From NCBI GenBank assembly GCA_964578605.1, contig CAZODO010000019.1:1908-65907 (forward strand): DNA of 64,000 nt, written 5' to 3'. Shown here piece after piece: positions 8,337 through 17,948 of the stretch. Each line of letters begins with the position of its first letter. The stretch's first letter is position 1. Below the pieces are notes generated by a model. That model saw nothing but the letters and a program-made list of their open reading frames with translations, had not been told where the DNA came from and did no database searches. Source of the stretch: an uncultured Verrucomicrobiota bacterium. Its GTDB lineage: Bacteria > Verrucomicrobiota > Verrucomicrobiia > Limisphaerales > SIBE01. The translations under genes and the position numbers were made by a program.

Positions 8337-8921
8337 ATGAGCTTTATGCGTTTACTCGCGGCGGGGCGCTCGGTGAAGGGCATAAGAAAGGAACCGGGAC
8401 CTTACCGGATGAATCAGGAGAGTCTTCTCCCCAGGTTTAACGCCGTCTCCAAAGGCGCGCCTGACGATGGCCAGGCGTCCGAGACGCAAACGGTGCCAGC
8501 TCCGCTGGCGGATGCGGCAGCGAATGATGCTGCTTGCCAGATCGTCGGGCAAGGGGAACCCCGTGCCGATGTCCTCAAGTTGGGCTGGCTCCGCCGGGCG
8601 ATCAGCGGCGTGTTTCGAAGAAACACCCGCAACGGCGGCGACGCAGCCCGCGAGAGGAGGCGCTCGGTTCAGGGCCAGCCGTCTCTGGACACGGTGCGCG
8701 TTGTTCGCAATGACCTCACGGACACTGACTCCGAGGTCGCGTCCCGTCAGACCATGGCAGGGCAGAGTGCGGTTCCGCACCAGCCGCACGGGATGGTTTG
8801 GAACCGGTTAAGTGCGCGGCTGCTTAGGCAGGCGGCGGAGGAATTCAGCGAGCTGCAAAAACAACGTGGAAAACTTCTCTCACAAGCCGGTAATGGTCGC
8901 GGAGGTGCTCGCGGCTCTTAG
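8337..8921 (+). CDS. Hypothetical protein (lineage-specific ORF between mraZ and rsmH)
   Basis: 194-aa ORF starting 7 nt after the mraZ stop on the same strand. I recognise no family. It is low-complexity and basic, with a C-terminal helical segment (LLRQAAEEFSELQKQRGKLLSQ). Its 3' end overlaps the rsmH 5' end. Confidence 0.4.
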   Translation: MSFMRLLAAGRSVKGIRKEPGPYRMNQESLLPRFNAVSKGAPDDGQASETQTVPAPLADAAANDAACQIVGQGEPRADVLKLGWLRRAISGVFRRNTRNGGDAARERRRSVQGQPSLDTVRVVRNDLTDTDSEVASRQTMAGQSAVPHQPHGMVWNRLSARLLRQAAEEFSELQKQRGKLLSQAGNGRGGARGS

Positions 8922-9795
8922 ACCTTGTTCCGGAGGGGTTTATGTCGATGGGACCCTTGGCGGAGGCGGACATGCGGAAGCGATGCTCGAAGCCAGCGCG
9001 CCTGACGGAAAGCTCTATGGCTGTGACCGGGATGCTCAGGCCGTGGACGCGGTGGCCCGTCGCCTGGCGCGGTTCGCGGGGCGCTGGGAAGTTCGGCGTG
9101 AGCCCTTTGAGGAATTGGCGGACTGGGTGCCGCCGGGCAGTGTCGACGGAGCGCTGCTTGACCTGGGCCTAAGCTCTCCGCAAATCGATCAACCCGAGCG
9201 CGGGTTCAGTTTTCAATACGAAGGACCGCTTGATATGCGGATGGACACACGGCAGTCCCTAACGGCGGAGGGGTTGGTGAACGAAGCCAGCCCCCAGGAC
9301 CTCGCGCGCTGGTTCCGAGAATTGGCCGGCGAGCCTCAGGCTGTCCGCCTGGCCCGTGCCATCGAGCAGGCGCGCCGAACGGCCCCGATCCGCACGACCA
9401 CGGCGCTCGCGTCCCTTATCGAACGCGCCGCGCCGCGCCGGGGGGCGCGAATCCATCCGGCGACGCGTGTGTTCCAGGCGCTGCGGATGGTGGTGAACGA
9501 TGAACTGGGGATGCTGGACCGGGGAATGAAAGGGATCTGGCCTTTGTTGAAGCGGGGAGGGCGCCTGGCCGTGATCACCTTCCATTCTCTGGAGGATCGG
9601 ATGGTTAAGGAATTTGGTCGCGAGCGGGTTCGCGACTATGCCATTCCAGGCAAGGTGGACATTCCCGAGCTTCGCCAGCCTGTGGCCCCGCAAGGCGTCT
9701 GGGTCAGTCGAAAGGCGATTCAGCCTTCGGAAGAGGAAGTTGCGGAGAATCCGAGGAGCCGAAGTGCGCAGCTCCGTGTGATAGAGAGGATTTAG
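8812..9795 (+). CDS. rsmH: 16S rRNA (cytosine1402-N4)-methyltransferase RsmH/MraW
   Basis: SHKPVMVAEVLAAL..GVYVDGTLGGGGHAEAML..LDLGLSSPQID..FHSLEDR.. match RsmH. The start is uncertain between ATG 8812 and in-frame GTG 8866; both precede the conserved HxPV. Confidence 0.85.
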   Translation: MRGCLGRRRRNSASCKNNVENFSHKPVMVAEVLAALRPCSGGVYVDGTLGGGGHAEAMLEASAPDGKLYGCDRDAQAVDAVARRLARFAGRWEVRREPFEELADWVPPGSVDGALLDLGLSSPQIDQPERGFSFQYEGPLDMRMDTRQSLTAEGLVNEASPQDLARWFRELAGEPQAVRLARAIEQARRTAPIRTTTALASLIERAAPRRGARIHPATRVFQALRMVVNDELGMLDRGMKGIWPLLKRGGRLAVITFHSLEDRMVKEFGRERVRDYAIPGKVDIPELRQPVAPQGVWVSRKAIQPSEEEVAENPRSRSAQLRVIERI

Positions 9796-10182
9796 ATGAG
9801 TCGAAATCGAAAACACCAAACGGCCGGAGCACGCTTCGGGCCTGCCCTGAAGGCTCTCGGACTCTGTGTTGTCCTTGCCGGGTCCGGCTTGGGCTATGTT
9901 TGGCAAAAGGATCAGATCAACAAGCTTGGCGAACGGTTGAAGCAATGTGAGAAGCGGCACGAACAGGTGCGCGGCGAGAATGAGCGGCTGGCCCGCATCT
10001 TGGAAACGCTCCAGACCCCGGCCCAGATCGAGGCACGCATCCGTCAGAGCGGACTTGAGATGTTGGAACCCCAACCAGACCAGATTGTGCGTTTGGTAGA
10101 GGGGCCACCTCCGGTTGCGTCGCCGGCGGCAACAGAAAGACTCTATGCTGGCCAGCGGTTCCGCTGGTGGGCTCGGCAGTAG
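9796..10182 (+). CDS. ftsL: Cell division protein FtsL-like (bitopic, TM helix plus coiled coil)
   Basis: 128 aa. The ATG immediately follows the rsmH stop. It has a TM helix (ALKALGLCVVLAGSGLGYVW) followed by a heptad-like region (INKLGERLKQCEKRHEQVRGENERLARILETL). It occupies the canonical ftsL position. Confidence 0.7.
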   Translation: MSRNRKHQTAGARFGPALKALGLCVVLAGSGLGYVWQKDQINKLGERLKQCEKRHEQVRGENERLARILETLQTPAQIEARIRQSGLEMLEPQPDQIVRLVEGPPPVASPAATERLYAGQRFRWWARQ

Positions 10183-10197
10183 CAGGACGGAATCGGA

Positions 10198-12135
10198 ATG
10201 GGCGGCAAACTCGATGCGGAACGAGAGGACATGATCAGCGCAGCACAAAGTCGCAGGATGGTGGCCATGGGCTTTCTTCTTGTCGTGGCCTTTGCCTGCC
10301 TTGGCTTGCGCCTTTTCGAAATCCAGGTCCTGGATCATGCGAATCTGAGGTCCGAATCTGAGGACGCAACCCAAAAGATCTTCCTCCGACCACCCAAACG
10401 AGGGGACATTCGCGATATTCGCGGCAATCTGTTGGCGGGCAGCATATTCGTGAAGACAGTCTCTGGGAATCCGGCTGTGCTCGGACACTGCCGGGCGGCG
10501 GTCGCCCAGGCTGTGGCACCGCTTCTGAACATGACTGAGAAGGAGGTCCTTCAGCGCTTGGAGCCAAGATTGTACACGAACAAGCTGGGAGTGCTTGATA
10601 CCAATCGTTACGTCGTTCTGAAGCGCAAGGTCCCCGTGGAGCGTTGGGAGGAAATCCACGCCCTGATGCAGCAATTTCCTCCGGGAGTGGACGTCCGCCT
10701 CTTGCCGAGGCAGGAAAGGGATTTCTATAACCTCGTGCGCAAGTTTGGCATTACCGCGGATGCCTTTGATGATCAGGAACGGGTCTACCCGAACCAGTCC
10801 CTGGCGGCCCACGTTCTCGGATTTGTCAAAGGAACGTATGGGGCCAGCCCCAAAGGCAAAGTGGACGAACTCGAAGGCCTGGGCGGGATCGAGCTCTCTC
10901 TGAACAAAGCACTGCAGGGCGTGGTGGGATGGCGGAGCACCGAGGTGGCCTTGAACCGCGAACTCGTCCCTTTCCGCAGTCAGGACGTCGAAGCGCATCC
11001 GGGGCGCAACGTCATTCTCACGATCGACCTGGGGGTTCAGCATATCCTGGAGACCGAACTCGCGGACGCCATGGTGAAGCATACCCCTCTCAGTGCTTGC
11101 GGGGTCGTCGTCCGGCCACGCACTGGAGAGATTCTTGCGATGGCGAGCCTGCCGTCGTTCAATCCTAACGATCACACGTTGACCCCTCTTAACGACCTCC
11201 GAAACCGGGTGATCAGCGATCTCGCTGAACCGGGTTCAACGTTCAAGATTGTCGTCGTCGCCGGGGCCTTGAACGACGGCGTTGTCACCCTGGAAAACTC
11301 CTTCGATTGCGAGAACGGTGTTTTCCATTTCGCGGGACGTCTTCTCCACGATCACGAGCGGTACGGGGTGCTCACGGTCGAAGAGATTATTACCCGCTCC
11401 TCCAACATTGGGGCGGCAAAGATCGGAATCCGCCTCGGTTCGGCACGCCTTTACGATTATATGCGCGGTTTCGGCTTTGGCTTGAAAACAGGCATCGCGT
11501 TGCCCGGAGAAGCGAATGGTTTGGTCTACCCCGTCCCACGGTGGACGAAGTTGTCGATCTCGCGAATCCCGATGGGCCATGAAGTCGCCGTCACACCGCT
11601 GCAGATGATGATGGCCATGTCGGCCGTTGCAAACGGTGGGCATCTCATGAGGCCCTTGTTGATTGACCGATTGGAGGACTCGCAGGGGCGGATTATCGCC
11701 AAGAACTATCCTCATGAAGTCCGCCAAGTCGTGAGTGAACGGGCCGCCAGACTGATGGTTCAGGCGCTCAAGACGGTTGTGTCTACCAATGGCACCGGCC
11801 GCAGAGCCATCCTTGAACATTACACGGCAGCCGGGAAGACGGGGACCGCACAAAAAATCGTTGGCGGCACGTATCGCCGGGACAAGCACTTCTCGTCGTT
11901 CCTGGGGTTCTTTCCTGCCGATACTCCGGAGGTTTGCCTCGGTATCTTCCTGGACGAACCCAAGCGCGGTTACTATGGCGGGGAGGCTGCCGCGCCGGTG
12001 TTCCGAAATGTTGCTGAGCGGGTTGGGCAGTATCTGGCAATCCCGTCGGACAGACCGGCGGCGACATCGGAGTCGCCTGAGGTCTCCGAAGACGGCGGAA
12101 CTCGCCAGGTCCCATTCAGCCAGGTGGAGGATTGA
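10198..12135 (+). CDS. ftsI: Peptidoglycan D,D-transpeptidase FtsI (class B PBP)
   Basis: SxxK (GSTFK), SxN (SSN) and KTG (KTGTA) motifs are present, with an N-terminal TM anchor and the dcw position. Confidence 0.9.
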   Translation: MGGKLDAEREDMISAAQSRRMVAMGFLLVVAFACLGLRLFEIQVLDHANLRSESEDATQKIFLRPPKRGDIRDIRGNLLAGSIFVKTVSGNPAVLGHCRAAVAQAVAPLLNMTEKEVLQRLEPRLYTNKLGVLDTNRYVVLKRKVPVERWEEIHALMQQFPPGVDVRLLPRQERDFYNLVRKFGITADAFDDQERVYPNQSLAAHVLGFVKGTYGASPKGKVDELEGLGGIELSLNKALQGVVGWRSTEVALNRELVPFRSQDVEAHPGRNVILTIDLGVQHILETELADAMVKHTPLSACGVVVRPRTGEILAMASLPSFNPNDHTLTPLNDLRNRVISDLAEPGSTFKIVVVAGALNDGVVTLENSFDCENGVFHFAGRLLHDHERYGVLTVEEIITRSSNIGAAKIGIRLGSARLYDYMRGFGFGLKTGIALPGEANGLVYPVPRWTKLSISRIPMGHEVAVTPLQMMMAMSAVANGGHLMRPLLIDRLEDSQGRIIAKNYPHEVRQVVSERAARLMVQALKTVVSTNGTGRRAILEHYTAAGKTGTAQKIVGGTYRRDKHFSSFLGFFPADTPEVCLGIFLDEPKRGYYGGEAAAPVFRNVAERVGQYLAIPSDRPAATSESPEVSEDGGTRQVPFSQVED

Positions 12136-12138
12136 GCT

Positions 12139-13647
12139 ATGGAACTTAAACGCATCCTCGATCAACTCCACCCGTTGAGTGTGGAGGGAACCCTTGACCG
12201 CGAGATAGCCGGGATCGCGTACGATTCACGGCGGGTTACTCCTGGCGTTCTGTTCATTGCAATCCCGGGTCATAAGACCGACGGCCACGAGTTTATCAAT
12301 AGTGCTCTCGATCGCGGAGCCGTGGCGGTCGTCTGCGAGCGGAATGGATTCCTGCCGCACCGGGCCACCAAGATCTTGGTTGCGAACACAAGGGAGGCCC
12401 TGGCGCGGGCGTCGGCGGCCTTCTTTGGGCATCCTAGCACTGCCTTGAGGGTCATTGGGGTCACCGGAACCAACGGCAAGACAACTGTCGCCTTCATGAT
12501 CAAACAGATCCTCGAGGCGGCTGGGATCAAGACGGGCTTGATTGGCACTGTCCGTTACGAGATTGGCGATCGGGTTTTCCCCGCCCAACGCACCACGCCT
12601 GAGGCGCTGGAAGTTCAGCAGATGTTGGCGCAAATGCTCCGGGCCGGCTGCCAGGCCTGTGTGATGGAGGTCAGTTCCCATGCGCTCAGTCAGCACCGCG
12701 TGCTCGGGATTGAATTTGATGCCGGGATTTTCACCAATCTGACGCGTGACCATCTTGATTATCACGGCACTATGGAAGACTACTTCGCTTCCAAGAGAAC
12801 CTTGTTCCGGGCGCTCGAGCAAGGAGCAAAACGTGGGGGCGTAGTCATAAACATTGATGATTCTTTCGGAGAACGTCTCGCCCATGAGAGCAAAGCAGAG
12901 ATTAAACTCACCTATGGCTTGAGCACGGCGGCAAGGCTTCGCGCTACGAACATCGAACTCTCGGGCGACAGCACCAAGATGACAGTCGAAACCCCTGAGG
13001 GCCATTTCCGGTGCCGCCTTCCGCTCATCGGACGGCACAATGTCTACAACGCTCTAGCTGCGATCGGGGCAGGCCAAGTGCTCAAGGTTTCCATTCCCGC
13101 TGTGCGTCGCGCTCTCGAGAGCGTGGACCCAGTCCCGGGGCGTCTCGAACGAGTCCCATCGCCGTTGCAGTTCGGGGTTTATGTGGACTATGCCCACACG
13201 GACGATGCTTTGTACAACGTGCTCACCACCTTACGGGAAATCACGCCCGGCAGACTCCTGGTGACCTTTGGTTGTGGCGGTAACCGCGACAGAGGGAAGC
13301 GGCCAAGGATGGGGCGAGTGGCGGCGGAACTGGCGGACTTTACGGTGATCACAAGCGACAATCCACGCCACGAGGTTCCCGGGCAGATTGCAGATGAAAT
13401 CGTCGAGGGCTTTCGCGCGGCCGGATCGGATCGCTACCGCGTCGAATTAGACCGGCGCCGGGCGATCGAAGAGGTGATCCGCATGGCGGAACCGGGAGAC
13501 AGCGTTCTGATCGCCGGCAAAGGGCACGAGACTTACCAGGAGTTCGAGGACACCGTAGTCCCATTTGACGACCGGGTCTATGCCCGGGAAACACTCGAGG
13601 AACGATCCGGACGGTTGCCGTGTCCGGACTTCGCGTCAAGGCATTAG
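12139..13647 (+). CDS. murE: UDP-N-acetylmuramoyl-L-alanyl-D-glutamate--2,6-diaminopimelate ligase
   Basis: GVTGTNGKTT P-loop. The DNPR motif (TSDNPRHE) indicates the meso-DAP-adding type. Confidence 0.9.
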   Translation: MELKRILDQLHPLSVEGTLDREIAGIAYDSRRVTPGVLFIAIPGHKTDGHEFINSALDRGAVAVVCERNGFLPHRATKILVANTREALARASAAFFGHPSTALRVIGVTGTNGKTTVAFMIKQILEAAGIKTGLIGTVRYEIGDRVFPAQRTTPEALEVQQMLAQMLRAGCQACVMEVSSHALSQHRVLGIEFDAGIFTNLTRDHLDYHGTMEDYFASKRTLFRALEQGAKRGGVVINIDDSFGERLAHESKAEIKLTYGLSTAARLRATNIELSGDSTKMTVETPEGHFRCRLPLIGRHNVYNALAAIGAGQVLKVSIPAVRRALESVDPVPGRLERVPSPLQFGVYVDYAHTDDALYNVLTTLREITPGRLLVTFGCGGNRDRGKRPRMGRVAAELADFTVITSDNPRHEVPGQIADEIVEGFRAAGSDRYRVELDRRRAIEEVIRMAEPGDSVLIAGKGHETYQEFEDTVVPFDDRVYARETLEERSGRLPCPDFASRH

Positions 13648-13808
13648 CCGATGAATTTATCCCCGACAACTGAAACAACTTGGGGAGATTTGGGGTTCCT
13701 GAGACAGGATCGATTGAGCTCGGAGGCTGGATGTTCCCTGGTGTGTGCATCGCCATCCCGCAATGGCGGGACAATGGGAAACAGTTTTCAATGCACAGGT
13801 CCGCGTTG

Positions 13809-15194
13809 ATGGAACCCCGAACTTTACAGTACATGACGGATGCATGCCAAGGTCGCTTGCTGGCCGGCTTGCCAGGTTCCCTGGCAAGCCGCGTCTGCAC
13901 GGATTCTCGCACCGTGCGCCCCGGCGACATCTTTGTCGCCCTAAAGGGGGAGCGGCACGACGGGCACGCCTTCGCGGCGCAAGCTGCTAACGACGGTGCT
14001 GTCGGTTTGGTTCTCGACCAGGCGCGACTTCCGTCCCCGCTGCCGAACTGCGGAGTCGTGGCGGTTCACGATACCCGCAGGGCCTATGGCCGGATGGCGG
14101 CGCGTTATCGGCAGGATTTCCCCATCCCGCTGGTCGCGGTGGCTGGATCCAATGGAAAGACCACGACGAAGAATATTCTCGCTGCCGTTTTATCCCAGAA
14201 GTTCAAAACACTGCGCAGCGAAGCGAGCTTCAACAACGATGTCGGGGTTCCGGCAACGCTGCTGAATCTCCAAGCTGACCACCAGGTTGCGGTGCTTGAG
14301 TTTGGAACGAATCATCCGGGAGAGCTGGCGCCATTGCTTGAACTCGCGAGGCCCCGATTTGGCGTCATCACCGCCATCGGACGCGAACATCTGGAGTTCT
14401 TTGGTGGATTGCCCGGAGTTCTCGAGGAGGAAGGATGGCTCGCTGAGCTCCTTCCGCCGGATGGCCGGCTTTTCATCAACGGCGACAGTTGGGGCGCGGA
14501 AGAGTTGATTCGGCGAGCAAACGCTCCGGTGACCCGCGCCGGGCTCGGGAAACAGAACGACTGGCGGGCAACTGGGACACGGATGGACGAGAGGGGAATA
14601 GTCTTTAGCGTGCAAGGTCGCACGGCTGGGTTTTGCCGCGATTTCCGGCTTCCCCTGCTGGGGCGGCATCAGGTGGTCAATGCCTTGCTGGCGATTGCCG
14701 TGGCGGCTGAGTTCGGGATGAATCCGGAGGAAGTTCAACTGGGTCTGCTCTCATGCGTACCGGCGAGAATGCGCCTTGAGCTTGGCATGGTGGGCGGAAT
14801 TTGCATCTTGGATGATAGTTACAATGCGAATGCCGATTCCGTGCGGGCCGCGCTGGAGACTCTTCGCGATTTCCCTTGCCGAGGTCGGCGGATGGCCGTG
14901 CTGGGCGATATGGCCGAGTTGGGTGATCACGCCCGCGCGGCGCACGTCGAGATCGGGCGGTTTGCAGCTGAGTCTCAAGTGGAACATTTGTTCACCGTGG
15001 GAGAAATGGCCGCAGTCACGGCCGAGGCGGCACGAGGCGCCGGGGTACAATGGGTGCAGGCGTGTGCCGACCTTATCTCTGTCGCCGAGGGCCTGTGGAA
15101 GATCGCCCGGCCGGACGATGTCGTTTTGCTGAAAGGCTCGCGAGTAGCGGGCCTGGAGAGGATCAAGCAGTGGCTGGACGAGAAGGTGCGGTGA
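13809..15194 (+). CDS. murF: UDP-N-acetylmuramoyl-tripeptide--D-alanyl-D-alanine ligase
   Basis: VAVAGSNGKTTTK plus the Mur ligase middle and C-terminal domains. The start is ATG 13809 (MEPRTLQYMTDA); ATG 13791 is an alternative and track start 13680 is unlikely. Confidence 0.88.
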   Translation: MEPRTLQYMTDACQGRLLAGLPGSLASRVCTDSRTVRPGDIFVALKGERHDGHAFAAQAANDGAVGLVLDQARLPSPLPNCGVVAVHDTRRAYGRMAARYRQDFPIPLVAVAGSNGKTTTKNILAAVLSQKFKTLRSEASFNNDVGVPATLLNLQADHQVAVLEFGTNHPGELAPLLELARPRFGVITAIGREHLEFFGGLPGVLEEEGWLAELLPPDGRLFINGDSWGAEELIRRANAPVTRAGLGKQNDWRATGTRMDERGIVFSVQGRTAGFCRDFRLPLLGRHQVVNALLAIAVAAEFGMNPEEVQLGLLSCVPARMRLELGMVGGICILDDSYNANADSVRAALETLRDFPCRGRRMAVLGDMAELGDHARAAHVEIGRFAAESQVEHLFTVGEMAAVTAEAARGAGVQWVQACADLISVAEGLWKIARPDDVVLLKGSRVAGLERIKQWLDEKVR

Positions 15195-15249
15195 CGGCGA
15201 TGGGTTGCCGAGGGACCGCAAGTTGGAGAAGCCTTTGTTGGAGACCGGA

Positions 15250-16398
15250 ATGGTTTACTATTTGAGTCAAATCCTGCAGGAACGAGCTGCTGGAACCGAT
15301 TGGGAGGAAGCCCTTTCGTTCCTCAGGGTTTTTCGGTACATCACTCTGAGAAGCGCCGGCGCCGCGATCACAGCTCTCCTGATTAGCTGGTGGTTTGGCC
15401 CGAAGGTGATCGCGTGGCTCAAGGCGTTGAACTTTGGCCAGAACTACAACGACAAAGCTGAGGAAGCCGGCGGGATGACCGCCCGTGTCTTGAGCAAGCG
15501 CGGAACCCCCACTATGGGCGGCGTCCTGATCGTGGTGGCAATGGACATCTCGGCGCTGCTCTGGGCGCAATGGAATGAGTTGGTGATCCTCACTTTGCTC
15601 TCCCTGGTTCTGCTTGCCGGGTTGGGCTTCTACGACGATTACGCCAAAGTCACCAGGCAGAGCAATCGCGGCGCCAAGTCGCACATCAAACTCTGCGTCC
15701 AAACAGCGCTCGCCTTGTTCATCGGCCTTTACCTATGGCGCTTGCCCTCCACCAGCAGCCTGATCAGCGAAGTGATGGTGCCCTTTCGCAAGTCACCCCT
15801 CCTCACGGGAGCGGCGGGAGTGGGGCTGGCGCTGACCGTCCTCACGATCGTGGGCAGCTCCAACGCCGTGAACCTCACGGACGGTTTGGATGGTCTCGCG
15901 ATTGGATGCACGCTTATTGTGACGGTTGTCTTCCTTGTCCTGACTTACATCGCGGGGCATAACCGCTTTGCTGCCTACCTGCAGGTGCCTTACGTGGTTG
16001 GCGCGGGCGAACTCACCGTCTTCTGCGCGGCGATGATGGGCGCTGGCCTCGGATTCCTCTGGTACAACTGCCACCCGGCCGCCGTGTTCATGGGGGATAC
16101 CGGTTCCCTTGCACTGGGAGGCGCTCTGGGCATCATGGCCGTCCTGATCCATCAGCCCTTGGTGCTTGTGATTGCTGGCGGCGTGTTTGTCGCCGAGGCT
16201 GGATCCGTGATCTGCCAGACAGCTTGGTTCAAGTATACGCGGCGCCGCTACGGGACAGGACGGCGGATCTTCCTCATGGCACCGCTGCACCATCATTTTG
16301 AAAAGCGGGGCTGGTATGAATCCCAGGTGGTGACGCGCTTTTACATTCTTGGCGTGCTCTGCGCGGTAGTCGCCTTGAGCACGCTCAAACTACGGTGA
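15250..16398 (+). CDS. mraY: Phospho-N-acetylmuramoyl-pentapeptide transferase
   Basis: Polytopic membrane protein with NAVNLTDGLDGLA and MGDTGSLALGG motifs. The start is at ATG 15250. Confidence 0.9.
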   Translation: MVYYLSQILQERAAGTDWEEALSFLRVFRYITLRSAGAAITALLISWWFGPKVIAWLKALNFGQNYNDKAEEAGGMTARVLSKRGTPTMGGVLIVVAMDISALLWAQWNELVILTLLSLVLLAGLGFYDDYAKVTRQSNRGAKSHIKLCVQTALALFIGLYLWRLPSTSSLISEVMVPFRKSPLLTGAAGVGLALTVLTIVGSSNAVNLTDGLDGLAIGCTLIVTVVFLVLTYIAGHNRFAAYLQVPYVVGAGELTVFCAAMMGAGLGFLWYNCHPAAVFMGDTGSLALGGALGIMAVLIHQPLVLVIAGGVFVAEAGSVICQTAWFKYTRRRYGTGRRIFLMAPLHHHFEKRGWYESQVVTRFYILGVLCAVVALSTLKLR

Positions 16399-17828
16399 AC
16401 GGCAGCATGAGCCCTTTGTATGGTAGACGAGTTGTGGTGGTCGGCCTTGGCACGAGCGGCCTCGCTGCGGCCCGGCTCTTGCTGGACAAGGGTGCCGAGA
16501 TCACGGCACTCGACGAGGCGGACTCCCCGGCCCTTCGGGGACGTGCTGCAGCGCTTCGCACCGCGGGCGCCCGCGTGGAACTCGAGGCAACGAGCCTTCC
16601 CGAGCAACCCTTTGATCTTGCGGTCCTGAGTCCCGGCGTGCCTCTTTCCTCCAGGTTAGCCGGCGAATTGGTGGCTCGGAAGATCCCGGCGCTGGGCGAA
16701 CTGGAGCTTGGTTTTCAGCAGGCGGTCTGCCTCAACGTCGCGATCACAGGTACCAACGGGAAGACGACGACGACCGAGTTGGTGCACCGCGTTCTGACGC
16801 ACTGCCAGCGCAAAACTGTCGCGGCTGGAAACATTGGGTTGCCCCTGTGCGCGGTGGTGAACGAGAGCCGGAATCTTGACGTCCTGACACTCGAAGTCAG
16901 CTCGTTCCAGTTGGAGACGATTCAGTTCTTCCGTCCGGCCGTTGCGATTCTCATGAATATCACGCCGGACCATCTGGACCGCTACCCCACCTTCCAGGAT
17001 TACGTGCGAACGAAAGCCCAGATTTTCCGGAACCAACAACCGTTTGATTGGGCAGTGGTCCAGACCGAGGCGCTCGCCCGGATGCAGTCGCTCGGGCTCA
17101 AGATCCCTTCGAAGGTGATCACATTTAGCGCTGCAAATCGGGACGCGGATCTGTACCTGGATCGAGGTCTGCTCATCAGCCGGTTGCCTGGATGGACAGG
17201 CTTGCTTTTGGACACGGACGAATGTCTCTTGCGCGGTCCCCACAACGCAGAGAATTTGATGGCAGCCTTGGCGGCGGGGCGAATTCTCCGGTTGCCGCTG
17301 AATGAAATGGTGGAAGCGCTCAAGAGCTACAAGCCTGCCGCCCACCGTTGCGAGCTTGTGGCGGAAATCCGGGGCGTCTCCTTCGTGAACGATTCAAAGG
17401 CGACCAATGTGGACGCCGTCGCCAAGGCCTTGATGGCGGTTCGCGGAGCCGGGGGCGCGCAACCGAATGTCCTTCTGATCGCAGGCGGCAAGGACAAAGG
17501 ATTTGAGTATCACGACATTGGCCCGTTGCTGGCTCGCCGGGTCAAGCGGGCTTTTCTTTTGGGAGAGACTCGCGAGAAAATTCGGGCTGCCTGGACCCTA
17601 TTCACGCCTTGCACGCTGGTCGATACATTGCCCGAAGCGGTGATCCAGGCGTCCGAGACGGCCAAGCCTGGAGATGTCGTTCTGCTTTCCCCCGCTTGTT
17701 CGAGTTTCGACTTGTTTCAAAACTATCAGCACCGAGGCGAGGTCTTTCGCCAGGCGGTGGCTGACTTGGCTCGCGGCAATGCAGGCGAAATGCGCTTCGC
17801 GAGCCCGAAAGGCGCTCCTCACCAATGA
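16395..17828 (+). CDS. murD: UDP-N-acetylmuramoylalanine--D-glutamate ligase
   Basis: VVVVGLGTSGLAAARLL Rossmann-like N-terminus and ITGTNGKTTTTE P-loop. GTG 16395 overlaps the mraY stop (GTGA); ATG 16407 is an alternative. Confidence 0.9.
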   Translation: MNGSMSPLYGRRVVVVGLGTSGLAAARLLLDKGAEITALDEADSPALRGRAAALRTAGARVELEATSLPEQPFDLAVLSPGVPLSSRLAGELVARKIPALGELELGFQQAVCLNVAITGTNGKTTTTELVHRVLTHCQRKTVAAGNIGLPLCAVVNESRNLDVLTLEVSSFQLETIQFFRPAVAILMNITPDHLDRYPTFQDYVRTKAQIFRNQQPFDWAVVQTEALARMQSLGLKIPSKVITFSAANRDADLYLDRGLLISRLPGWTGLLLDTDECLLRGPHNAENLMAALAAGRILRLPLNEMVEALKSYKPAAHRCELVAEIRGVSFVNDSKATNVDAVAKALMAVRGAGGAQPNVLLIAGGKDKGFEYHDIGPLLARRVKRAFLLGETREKIRAAWTLFTPCTLVDTLPEAVIQASETAKPGDVVLLSPACSSFDLFQNYQHRGEVFRQAVADLARGNAGEMRFASPKGAPHQ

Positions 17829-17948
17829 ACATCCAAAGCGCGCCATCGAACCGATTTGTCCCGCCGAGCGTAGTGGGTCGGCGTGGAGAAGCCGTAGCCA
17901 ATTCCAATCCCATTCAAACTGAACCGTCAACTTGACGAGCGCCAAACG

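Noticed and set aside
9259-11175. 638-aa minus-strand ORF
   Set aside because: It is antisense to the well-supported rsmH, ftsL and ftsI genes and has a low-complexity Arg/Pro/His-rich translation. It is a typical high-GC shadow ORF.
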